64,000 bases of DNA from Phaeosaccion multiseriatum (lineage: Eukaryota; Protista; Ochrophyta, other classes), in contig CBCOSG010000001.1 in assembly GCA_965112735.1 (NCBI GenBank), forward strand, positions 1 to 64,000. The letters are read 5' to 3'. The notes beneath the pieces are model-generated. The model saw only the letters and a program-made list of their open reading frames with translations, was not told the origin of the DNA and ran no database searches. Shown piece by piece: positions 29,630 to 39,217 of the stretch. The position numbers and the translations under genes are program-made. Numbering within the stretch: the stretch's first letter is position 1; every line of letters starts with the position of its first letter.

Positions 29630-30939
29630 AAGACTTGAGTTTGATCCTGGCTCAGGATGAAGGCTAGGAGTATGCCTAACACATGCGAGTGTTGCCTTCT
29701 CTTAGAAGAAGAAAGCGCGAACGGGTGAGTAATACTTGGAAATCTGCCCTTTCTGAAGAAAGTAAGTAGGGAGTCTTCCCCACTTTTGCCTAATTTAGAC
29801 AAAAAAGAAAGGAAGAATCCTCGAAGGATTAAGGAAGTAGGAAGGATGACAGCCTTCCTATTCAAAGATCCTTAGTTGGTCTGTGAGGTCGACCAGCCAC
29901 ATTGGAACTGAGACAAGGTCCAAGCCCCTGTAAGGGGCCAGCAGTGAGGAATCTTGGACAATGAGCGGAAGCTTGATCCAGCAATATTCCAAGGGGGAAG
30001 AAGGCTAAACTGGTTGTAAACCCCTCTCCCGTGGAAAGATTCAGACGCCATTCACAGGGGTAGTCCCGGCCAATTCTCGTGCCAGCAGTCGCGGTAATAC
30101 GAGGGGGGCAAGCCTTATCCAGAATGATTGGGCATAAAGGGTTCGTAGAGGGCATTTTCCTAGATCGTAAGATAAATTCTACCCCCCAAGGGTATGACTT
30201 TTGACAAAACCGGGATGCTAGAGTCGAAGAGAAGATAACAGAATCACTTATTTAGGGATAAAATCCGTAGACATAAGTGGGAATACCAGAGGCGAAGGCG
30301 GTTATCTAGATTCGCACTGACCTTCAGGGACTAAAGTGTGGGGAGCAAACAGGACTTGACCCCCTGGTAGTCCACACCCTAAAATATCAGCCTAGCTGTT
30401 TAGACTGAGAAGTTTAAGCATCTTCCCTGCTAAGGCTAAGGCTGCGCCTGAGAAGTACAGCATTCAGATCTGAAATTCAAAGGAATTGGCGGGGGCTTAT
30501 ACAAGTGGTGGAGCATGTGGTTTAATGCGATGCTACGCGCCAAACCTTACCAGTTCTGGAATACTTCTTTCCCTTTTCGGCCTCGGAGATAAGACCAAAG
30601 ACAGGAAGTACAGGTATTGCATGGCTGTCGTCAGTCCGTGTCTTAGGATGTTAAGTTCACTCTTATAACGGACGCAACCCTCTTGTGGCAGATAAAGCTC
30701 TTACCAAAGTTTTAATTGGTGAGTCCAACTTTGTCCATACTCCACATACTGCTTAGACTACGGTTTAAGAGGAAGGCGAGGATGAAGACAAGTCCTTATG
30801 GTCCTTATGAACTGGGCTACACACGTGCTACAATGGAAAGGACAATGAGTAGGAAAGATAAAATCAGTCTTTGCCAAACTTGAACACTTTCTTTGGTTCA
30901 GACTGAGGCCTGCAACTCGGCTTCACGAAGGCGGAATCA

Positions 30940-30972
<33 letters not shown>

Positions 30973-31140
30973 CTGTACCTAGGCTCTGTACAAACCGCCC
31001 GTCACATGTTGGAAGCCGGGCTTGCTCGAAGAATGTCAATGAAATGCTTTGTCTATTCTCTTGGATTTGAAAGTAGGCTTGGTAACTGAGATGAAGTCGT
31101 AACAAGGTAGTCGTAGAGGAATCTGCGGCTGAATTCAAAG
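29630..31140 (+). rRNA. rns: small subunit rRNA (ends approximate)
   Basis: GAGTTTGATCCTGGCTCAG, GTGCCAGCAGTCGCGGTAATAC, AAGTCGTAACAAGG; no anti-SD tail. Confidence 0.98.
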
Positions 31141-31382
31141 AAATAAGGTCTTGAACCTCAGGCGGTATAGAATTTAAGAATGAAAGTTTTCTTTATAAAG
31201 GTGAAACATAAGCTTCTGGAACCTATGTCAGTCTTAAAACACAATATAGGGTTTTGGTATTTTTTAGGCATCAGCATCACTGAGATTTTGAAGCTCTTGG
31301 TGAGTATGCTTATTTTTTTTTGGTTTTGTGTACTAATGAACTTCTTTAATTTGATAAAAAATTAAACTAATGAGCTCTCTAC

Positions 31383-32225
31383 TTGTACTTGCAGTTTTTA
31401 GTCAATTCTCCTGCAAAATCTTGGTTTAAAATTTTAAGCCCTGCTTTCATTTTGACTTTAGGAATTCAAACTCTTTTACTGCCGCTACCGTATATGTACC
31501 CAAATTCGGCCTCGTTCATTTTTAAAGCGAGTCTTTGTGTGGTTTGGGTGTTTCAATATCAAAAATGGTCGATGATACTAAAATTTGAAAATGCCAAAAC
31601 TCGGTCTAAAGAGGGCCTTTATGTAGTCTCTCTTTACGCGGACAGTCTTACCCATCCAATCTTTGGCAAACTTCAGACATATCTGTATTGGTCTTTTGTA
31701 TTGGGGATTCTTCTGCCGCGGCAGTATTCAAATATGGCCTACTTTGTAGGTGTAATTTTCGTATTAATGTCCATTTACTTCTTGCCAGGATATCTGCGGG
31801 CAACGCGGCGGCTTTTTAATGAATGTTTTTTGGACCCCCGTGTACTCTATGAGAGAGGGTTCACGAAAAAGAGGTTAGTGTGGGAGCTAACTGTGGAACA
31901 CTTAAAGAGGGCCGGAATTTTCATTATAGGGGGCCTACTTGTCGACGTGGGGATCGGAAAGTACCTTTATGGCCCAGACGGGAGGTCGTCGATGCAAAAC
32001 TTATTTTCTTCGACGTTTGCTAACTTCACTGCGGACACTCACGAAAGTGTCACAAAATTCCGATTCCTCGAGAGAAGAGGAGTCCCCTCAGAGCTATTGA
32101 AGACGGCGTCCGGGAAAGTAGATGTAGGGGCAGTAAATTGGTTCCTTCAGGACTATAATACCGTTCTTGATTATGTAGGAGAAGAGTATAGAGCCCAACT
32201 AGAGGATACAATCGAAAAACCTTAA
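31383..32225 (+). CDS. orf280, hypothetical multi-TM protein with conserved soluble C-terminal domain (TTG start)
   Basis: Full-length paralogy with 36902..37761 (EGxYVxSLYxDSLxH, GFTKKRxVWE, DGRSSxQN, NFTADT, KTASGK, AQLED..EKP). Confidence 0.8.
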   Translation: MYLQFLVNSPAKSWFKILSPAFILTLGIQTLLLPLPYMYPNSASFIFKASLCVVWVFQYQKWSMILKFENAKTRSKEGLYVVSLYADSLTHPIFGKLQTYLYWSFVLGILLPRQYSNMAYFVGVIFVLMSIYFLPGYLRATRRLFNECFLDPRVLYERGFTKKRLVWELTVEHLKRAGIFIIGGLLVDVGIGKYLYGPDGRSSMQNLFSSTFANFTADTHESVTKFRFLERRGVPSELLKTASGKVDVGAVNWFLQDYNTVLDYVGEEYRAQLEDTIEKP

Positions 32226-32269
32226 TGGGTAGATTACAATACTAGAAAAGTAGAATAATCCTAAGTAAA

Positions 32270-32575
32270 TTATCTTGTGTTCTACGCTATTAAGCTATAG
32301 AATTATAAGTGAGTCTACTGCGCGAAGCTTAGGCAGTGGAGGTAGTTTGATTTGTGAAGTTTTTTAAATCTAAGATTCACGTAGTTTTTTCATATACTGG
32401 TGGACTAAAGCACTTGGCCAGCTTGTTAGGCTCATGATCTAAAAGTCGTAGGTATAAGTTCTACCTTTGCCCGCAATATCCTGTTTCCTGACTTTCTGGG
32501 ATTTAAGATGAAGACCAAAAAATATATATTAAATTAGCTACACCCCACTCCACTTCTCTTGTGAGGGAAAAAATA
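32270..32575 (+). repeat. dispersed duplicate of rps8 3' end + pseudo-trnfM (32399-32473) + rps10 5' end
   Basis: Homologous to the reverse complement of about 6775-7080. Confidence 0.88.
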
Positions 32576-32661
32576 AGGAAAAAAGAAGCAAACAGTAATT
32601 TATAGAACCTAGATTTGTTTCAGAGGAGCAAATACGGACTTCGTGATATTTAGGAAGAACC

Positions 32662-32814
32662 ATGCCACAATTTGATCAAATCACCTTTTTTACTCAAATT
32701 CTTAATTTGGGTTTGTGTTTTTTTGGATTTTATTTTTTCTTTGTTTTCTACTACCTGCCCAGTCTTAGTGCCTCTTTAAAATTACGCAAGATTTTTAAGG
32801 ATCTTCCCCGTTAA
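32662..32814 (+). CDS. atp8: ATP synthase subunit 8 (50 aa)
   Basis: MPQFDQITFFTQ, hydrophobic helix, LP...LKLR; below the ORF-track size cutoff. Confidence 0.95.
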   Translation: MPQFDQITFFTQILNLGLCFFGFYFFFVFYYLPSLSASLKLRKIFKDLPR

Positions 32815-32837
32815 GTATCTGATGTTCGAAGCCCAGT

Positions 32838-32911
32838 CGGGAAATGGCGCAGCTTGGTAGCGCATCTGTTTTGGGAACAGAAGGTCATGTGTTCAAATCA
32901 CATTTTCCCGA
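32838..32911 (+). tRNA. trnP: tRNA-Pro(UGG)
   Basis: Cloverleaf, anticodon TGG. Confidence 0.95.
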
Positions 32912-33010
32912 ATACTTAGGTATTTGCCTACGAACTTCAGGAGCCTAATAGAAAACCTCAAGGTATCTCTTGCATCACATATTTTGGTAATTTTAGTGAA
33001 TGCGATGGGA

Positions 33011-33081
33011 GACCGGATAGCATAAGGGCAATGCCTTGGATTGCAAATCCAATTATGGGAATTCGACTTTCCCTCCGGTCT
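33011..33081 (+). tRNA. trnC: tRNA-Cys(GCA)
   Basis: Cloverleaf, anticodon GCA. Confidence 0.92.
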
Positions 33082-33103
33082 AATACTTGTAAAAAAGTAG
33101 AAA

Positions 33104-33198
33104 CCAAGATCGTACTGATATTTGTATGAAATTATACCATAGGTATTTATAACCTAATATGGAAGCCATTCGTCTGAATCAGGTAGGGGTAAAAAACC
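33104..33198 (+). pseudogene. 5' fragment of nad9 with in-frame stop
   Basis: Homologous to 39248-39342; CAA changed to TAA. Confidence 0.85.
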
Positions 33199-33264
33199 TT
33201 GGGAAAGTAAGCAAAAAGAGAAAGAATACCTCCCAAGTCAAAATAGAGAAAATTTATACTTCCT

Positions 33265-34161
33265 ATGACCACTAAAAAAATATTTATCAACCATCAGCTT
33301 GTTTTTGTTGAAGAATTTTCCTCAGTATTACAAGCATGTAGTAGTTTAGGCATAGAACTTCCTCGATTTTGTTATCATCCCTTATTAAATATCGCGGGAA
33401 ATTGTCGTTCCTGTCTAGTAGAAGTTAGCCAAGGTCCAAAACCTCAGATGAGTTGTGCCTTCCCTATTTTAGGAGGCGGACGATTTTTTCTTCATAGTCC
33501 TTTGGTACGAAAAGCCCGAGAAACAGTTTTAGAGTTCAATCTAGTAAACCACCCTCTAGATTGCCCTATTTGTGACCAAGGAGGGGAATGCGATCTCCAA
33601 AATCAAAGCTTTCACTTCGGCAGTGACAAAACACGGTACGCTGAAGTAAAGCGTACGGTCAAAGAGACTTTTCTAGGTCTAGGTATAAAAAGTTTGATGA
33701 CTCGTTGCATACATTGCACTCGCTGTGTGCGGTATTCTAAGGAATGGTTGGGAGACAGTAATTTGACTGCCAATGGCAGAGGCTCTCACATGATAGTCGA
33801 AGCTTACTCCTCAACTCCCTTAACCACTTTAGCCTCAGGCAACGTAATAGATCTATGCCCCGTAGGGGCAGGTCTAAAAAAGGTGGTTAAAATTCTTGGG
33901 GAGAGTTGGGATTTTGTCGTCCGCTTGTGGCGAGACCTTCCTTTGGTATTGGCTTATCTTTCACTTATAATCTTATACACCTGCATTGGACTCCTCGGAG
34001 TCCGCCATATGTATGTGTATCTTGGCTGGGTCTATGCTACTTTTTTAGTAGTGTGGGGACTGTCACTTTACAAACTATGGCGGTGGGAGCCGTATAAAAT
34101 AATAGGACCATATTTGGTCCTTGTTTTGTACGTCACTTTTAAGATTTGGGTTTCCTCTTAG
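33265..34161 (+). CDS. nad11: NADH dehydrogenase subunit 11, N-terminal Fe-S half, fused to a ~96-aa unrelated hydrophobic tail
   Basis: PRFCYH, AGNCRSCLVE, HPLDCPICDQGGECDLQ, RCIHCTRCVR, DLCPVGA; homology stops after CPVGA. Confidence 0.95.
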   Translation: MTTKKIFINHQLVFVEEFSSVLQACSSLGIELPRFCYHPLLNIAGNCRSCLVEVSQGPKPQMSCAFPILGGGRFFLHSPLVRKARETVLEFNLVNHPLDCPICDQGGECDLQNQSFHFGSDKTRYAEVKRTVKETFLGLGIKSLMTRCIHCTRCVRYSKEWLGDSNLTANGRGSHMIVEAYSSTPLTTLASGNVIDLCPVGAGLKKVVKILGESWDFVVRLWRDLPLVLAYLSLIILYTCIGLLGVRHMYVYLGWVYATFLVVWGLSLYKLWRWEPYKIIGPYLVLVLYVTFKIWVSS

Positions 34162-34219
34162 GAGCTGACAAGATTTTTCTTCCATTTGTGAAGTTTGTGA
34201 CAAGCTTCAAGCAAAATAA

Positions 34220-35893
34220 AGAAAATCTTCACAAAGGGCATGGAGGGAATGCCTAGGGGCCCAGCCTCTGTAGACGTAGACAACAACGAAAGCTCGGAGG
34301 AAGGTCTTCGACCTGTGCACTTCGACCTTCTACCTTGGAAAACCATTCCGTTTGAGGAAAAACAGGCCAGTAAAGCCTGCAAAGAAGAGGGCAGACAAAC
34401 TGAAACATCTAAGTAATCTGCTTAAGAGAAATCAACCGAGATACCGTAAGTAGCGGTGAGCGAAAACGGTGTAGGCTCTCTCCTAGACGACCTTGAAAGA
34501 TCCAAATTAAAAAACGACTCCAGCTCAATAAAACATTGGATGGAGAAGAAAACCATAGAAGGTACAAGTCCCGTAGGGGAAGAAAAGGAGAGGATTCAAG
34601 TACTTTTCTGGCGATAGACAAGGAATATTGGGGAGCCATCCTCAAAGCCTAAATAGACTGGGCCACCCATAGTGAACAAGTATCGTGAGAGAAAGGTGAA
34701 ACAGAGATTTCTGCTGTGAAATGTCCTGAAACTCCCTGCCTTTTAGGTGTTGAAGCTTTGTGGAAGTGACAGCCTACCTTTTGTATAATGGGTCAGTGAG
34801 TAAAAGATTAGGGGCAAGCTTAAGTTTAGGAAGGCAAAGGTCAATCGAGGAGTAAAACTTCGTGGAGTCCCAATTTTTTTTACCCGAAACCGACTGAGCT
34901 AAGATTGAACAGGTTGAAAAAGACAAGGCAACTTTCTTTGGAGGACCGAACCCGTGTATGTGGCAAAATACTGGGATGATTTGATCTTAGGGGTGAAAGG
35001 CCAATCAAAGTCGGAGATAGCTGGTTTTCTGCGAAATCTATTGAAGTAGAGCGTCTTAATGGGAAATCCGGGGTAGAGCACTGTCGTAGGAAAGGGGAGG
35101 CAAAATCTTACTGACTTATGGCAAACTGCGAATACAGGATACGTCTTCAATCAAGGCAGACAGACCATGGGTGCGAAGGTCCTTGGTCAAAAGGGAAACA
35201 GCCCAGATTGATGGTTAAGGTCCCCAAAGGAAAGGAAGTGAAGAAGGAGGTGACGAGCTAAAGACAGCCAGGAGGTAGGCTTGGTAGCAGTCATCCTTTA
35301 AAGAATGCGTAACAGCTCACTGGTCGAAGTTTTTTGCGCCCACAATGTTTGGGACTAATCTTTCCTACCGAAGCCTCAAACCCTACAGGGTGGTAGCAGA
35401 ACCTTCCGTAGGTCGAGGAAGATGAGGGGCAACCTTCATTGGAGATATCGGAATCGAGAATACTGACATGAGTAGCAACAAACCAGGAGGATCCTGGTGG
35501 CCTTAAATTCAAGGGTTTCCACGACAGATTTCTTCTTCGTGGGGGCTTGAGCTAATCTCAAGCCATAAAGACGGTCCCTAAGACTGCTGACGAAAGCCAG
35601 GGTTGATGGGAGATCTTAGACAGGACGAAGCTGGCAGAGGAAGTAGAGGAGTATAGCTGGTCTCCTCTGCTTTAGCTCAGCTTCCAGGAAATACTTCTAG
35701 GAGCGGCACCGTATCGTAAACCGACACAGGTGAATGGGTGGAGTACACTCAGGCCTTTTGAGAGAACCGTGTTGAAGGAACTCGGCAAAATGACTCCGTG
35801 GCTTCGGTAGAAGGAGGAAGCCTTTGTAGGCTTGGCACTAAAGTGGGAGCGGCGACTGTTTAGTAAAAACACAGGACTCTGCGAAGTTGTAAA

Positions 35894-35931
<38 letters not shown>

Positions 35932-36017
35932 CGGAAGACCCGAAAGTGGAAGCTTTTAGGGAGAATGCCCAGTAAACGGCGGCTGTAACTCTGACGGTCC
36001 TAAGGTAGCAAAACTGA

Positions 36018-36048
<31 letters not shown>

Positions 36049-36124
36049 TGTAACGACTGCTCCGCTGTCTCCAACACGGACTCAGTGAAATTCCCATGGT
36101 CGTGAAGAGGCGACCTCGCTGCAG

Positions 36125-36158
<34 letters not shown>

Positions 36159-36463
36159 TTTGAGCTGGGAAGCATGACATAGGTTGCGTAGTAGTAGGTG
36201 GGAGGTTATGCCGCAGATGAAAGACCACCCTCCTTCAGTCTAGCTTTCTTCACCTGACTTGGGACAGGCTCAGACGGGTAGTTTGGCTGGGACGGCAGCC
36301 TCCTAAAGAGTAACGGGGGTACGCAAAGGTACACCCTTCCATGAAGGAAGAAAAGGCGGAATGGCTTGATGTGTGCCTGACTGTAAGACTCACAAGTCGA
36401 ACAGAGACGAAAGTCGGCCATACAGATCCGGTGGATGTGCATATGGGCACTTCACCGCTCATA

Positions 36464-36499
<36 letters not shown>

Positions 36500-36900
36500 T
36501 CTCGAGAGCTCCTATCGACGGAAGGGTTTGGCACCTCGATGTCGACTCATCACATCCTGGAGGAGAAAAAGCTTCCAAGGGTTGGGCTGTTCGCCCATGA
36601 AAGTGGTACGTGAGTTGGGTTTAGAACGTCGTGAGACAGTTTGGTCCCTATCTACTGTGGACAACAATCTAAGGGAAGAAATTCTAGTACGAGAGGACCG
36701 AATTTCGGGGATCCATGGTGTACCGGTTGTGTGAGCACATGCAGTGTCGGGTAGCTACATCTCTAGAAGAGAATGGCTGAAAGCATCTAAGCCAGAAACT
36801 TGTCCTCAAGCATTGTCTAGGCCTCGTTTTAGACGAAAACGTGAATAGGAGGGTAGTGAAAGTCGTGTAAGCGGTGTAGCTGATCCTTACTAATTAGGCT
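34220..36900 (+). rRNA. rnl: large subunit rRNA (ends approximate, no introns)
   Basis: GAAACATCTAAGTA, GACGGAAAGACCCCG, GGGATAACAGGCT, sarcin-ricin loop AGTACGAGAGGAC. Confidence 0.98.
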
Positions 36901-36901
36901 T

Positions 36902-37761
36902 ATGATGTTTAAATACATGCTGCGTCGTATGTGGAAACGAATAACAGATTTGGATACAGAGGTTTGGTTTGTAATACTGTTTGTAGCCTACTTTTTAACC
37001 TTTGTCATTTCCTCCCTTGGACTGTTTGAGGGTAGGTTTGATATCGTGTGTTCACTAGTGCAATTCAGCGTCCATCTGGGGTGGATTTTTTACTACCATA
37101 AAGAGGTAATTTTACCCAAGTTTAGAAAGGATAAAACCCGGTGTAGAGAGGGCAGTTATGTCGCATCTCTTTACCAGGATAGTCTGGGACACGAAGGTTT
37201 GGCAAAAGTACAAACTCTCTTGTATTCGTCATTTATCCTCGGAATCGGTCTACCACCAAAATACTCTATTTTGTTTTATCTCATAGGTTTACTCTCCTTA
37301 TTGGCCTGTCTCTATTTACTGCCGGCGTATGTGCGATCAACCACACGACTGTTTCAGGAGTGTTTTTTGAATCCTGGAGTACTCCACGCTAAAGGGTTTA
37401 CAAAAAAAAGAATAGTGTGGGAAGTGGCTGTAGAACACGGCAAAAGAATTCAAATAATTGTAGCGGGGGGCTAGTGGCAGATGTGTGGGTCGGAAAGTTC
37501 TTTTACGGTCTAGATGGAAGGTCGTCGCTGCAAAATTTCTATTCTTCGACGTTCGATAACTTCACTGCGGACACTCAAGAGAGTGTCACGAAATTCCGGG
37601 CCCTCGAAAGCAGGAGAGTCCCCTCAGACCTGATGAAGACGGCGTCGGGGAAACTGGATATAGGAGCAATAGATTGGCTTCTTCAAGAGTATAACGCGGC
37701 TCTTGATCATTACGGAGAACTATATAAGGCTCAACTTGAAGATCGAGTCGAAAAACCTTAA
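36902..37761 (+). CDS. orf286, paralog of orf280, split by a one-base frameshift in the G6 run (37465-37470)
   Basis: Adding one G yields KRIQIIVAGGLVADVWVGK, colinear with orf280 KRAGIFIIGGLLVDVGIGK. Confidence 0.78.
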
Positions 37762-37802
37762 TAGTGTAGAGATAGGTAAGTTGCTAAAGGGGTATAATAC
37801 CC

Positions 37803-37940
37803 CTAAGTAAATTATTTTGTCTTCTATGCTATTAAGCTATGGAATTATAAGTGAGTCTACTGCGCGAAGCTTAGGCAGTGGAGGTAGTTTGATTGGTAAA
37901 GTTTTTTAGACCTAGGACTCACATAGTCTTTTCATACCAT
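37803..37940 (+). repeat. dispersed duplicate of rps8 3' end
   Basis: GGAATTATAAGTGAGTCTACTGCGCGAAGCTTAGGCAGTGGAGGTAGTTTGATT is shared with rps8 and with about 32300-32352. Confidence 0.88.
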
Positions 37941-38014
37941 GGTGGAGTAGAGCAGTTGGCCAGCTTGTTAGGCTCATGATCTAAAAGTCGTAGGTTCGAA
38001 TCCTACCTCCGCCC
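37941..38014 (+). tRNA. trnM: initiator tRNA-fMet(CAU), intact copy
   Basis: Complete cloverleaf, anticodon CAT, initiator-type A11-U24 D-stem (GAGC/GCTT). Confidence 0.88.
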
Positions 38015-38201
38015 GTATGCATGAACGAATAAATCCCCAGTCTAACGAGGAAATCCTCGGTTTAAAGTCTTACATCTGCTACATTAGTCCCAGGTCCGGA
38101 TCTGGGCCATCTACCTATATTCCCATTATAGCCAATATTGGCCATATAGGCCGATACTAGCTAAAATAAAGAGGATAGATAAATGGGTTTCTCTTGCAAG
38201 C

Positions 38202-38342
38202 TTCCGCCGAAGATACCTCTTTCGAGGAAGGGGTTAGAAGGCGGAAAAGGGTGATGCCAACCCCCAAGGAAGCCGTGGCATTCAGTAAGCAACCTTGGCA
38301 TTTAAGCATCAGTCTGATCCATTGGTGCTTAGAAAGGTTCCT
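38202..38342 (+). ncRNA. structured element B (hairpin - GGTGATGCC-N14-CCGTGGCATT - hairpin)
   Basis: Scaffold identical to element A; hairpins TTCCGCC/GGCGGAA and AACCTT..TAAGCATCAGT/ATTGGTGCTTA..AAGGTT; RNA status is inferred. Confidence 0.5.
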
Positions 38343-38409
38343 GGATTTGTATGGATAGGCCGTCAGATTTCTGTCCCGGCGGTGGTAAGTTCAAATCTTA
38401 CCAAATCCA
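38343..38409 (+). ncRNA. tRNA-like (t-)element derived from trnR(ucg)
   Basis: Perfect acceptor stem GGATTTG/CAAATCC and T-arm GTAAG-TTCAAAT-CTTAC; D-arm and anticodon arm degenerate. Confidence 0.8.
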
Positions 38410-38410
38410 A

Positions 38411-38779
38411 ATTTGCGGCTTACATCAGCTTGTTCGTTATCCCCGTATACCTCAGTCCTCTCGTAGCAAATCTCCCGCTTTAAAGTCTTGCCCTCAAAAA
38501 AAGGGCCTTTGTTTAAAAATTTACTTACGAAAACCCAAAAAGCCTAACTCTGCCCTACGAAAGTTATGCCGAGTACGCCTAAGTACAGGCCGTCGAATCA
38601 GCGCCTACATTCCTGGCGAGGGCCACAACCTTCAGGAATTTAATTCTGTTTTGATTCGAGGAGGTCGAGCTAAAGATCTTCCTGGTGTCCGTTACCACGT
38701 CATTCGGGGCAAGTATGACTGTTTGGGTTTAATAAAGCGTACCACTTCTCGGTCCAAATATGGGGCCAGAAAACCATAA
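38411..38779 (+). CDS. rps12: ribosomal protein S12 (probable ATT start; upstream in-frame ATG at 38351 lies inside the t-element)
   Basis: [35 protein letters not shown]. Confidence 0.97.
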   Translation: MCGLHQLVRYPRIPQSSRSKSPALKSCPQKKGLCLKIYLRKPKKPNSALRKLCRVRLSTGRRISAYIPGEGHNLQEFNSVLIRGGRAKDLPGVRYHVIRGKYDCLGLIKRTTSRSKYGARKP

Positions 38780-38782
38780 AAA

Positions 38783-39217
38783 ATGAGATTGAGCCAAAGT
38801 TCTGAAGGAAGTATTTTTTGTAAGCATCTCATTCGCCGCGGGGGTCGACTTCGAGCTCACAGCCTCGTAGGTAGCAGTCTGCGCTACCTCTACGAGCATC
38901 AACCGAAAAAGGCGGCTTATGTGTTTTTTCATGCTCTTCAACAGACTGAACCTATGGCTCAGGGAAAAACTTTTCCTGGCCGAAGAAAAAAGCAAGCCAA
39001 AGTACGATGGATTTCTTTCCCTCTCTGGAAAAAACGTCGTCAATACCTTAGTCTCCACTGGATTCTTCGTACGACTCCGAAGGGTCCACTATCTAAAAAT
39101 CTAGGTTCTTCCTTGTGTAAAGCCAGTCAGTCGACTGGCGAAGCCACTTTTCTAAAGCAGGCTTATCATCAACAAAGTTTAGAAGGTCGGCCTTATGCCA
39201 ACTATCGCTGGCACTAA
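38783..39217 (+). CDS. rps7: ribosomal protein S7 (divergent)
   Basis: Follows rps12; RRQYLSLHWI, C-terminal RPYANYRW. Confidence 0.88.
   Translation: MRLSQSSEGSIFCKHLIRRGGRLRAHSLVGSSLRYLYEHQPKKAAYVFFHALQQTEPMAQGKTFPGRRKKQAKVRWISFPLWKKRRQYLSLHWILRTTPKGPLSKNLGSSLCKASQSTGEATFLKQAYHQQSLEGRPYANYRWH

Noticed and set aside
31180-31365. 61-aa hydrophobic ORF between rns and orf280
   Set aside because: No paralogous counterpart upstream of orf286 and no motif; cannot be supported as a gene
34158-36734. Short ORFs in the ORF track over rnl and rns (and their IR mirrors)
   Set aside because: Shadow frames of rRNA genes with no protein features
38089-38106. CAGGTCCGGA resembling bacterial SRP RNA helix 8
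   Set aside because: The required AGGAAGCAG continuation is absent; the sequence is a simple palindrome
38255-38282. Reverse-strand ACGGCTTCCT resembling the SAM/SAH riboswitch, and CAGGTGATGCCTGC in element A resembling TPP riboswitch P5
   Set aside because: Each similarity occurs in only one paralog, and the remaining aptamer elements are missing
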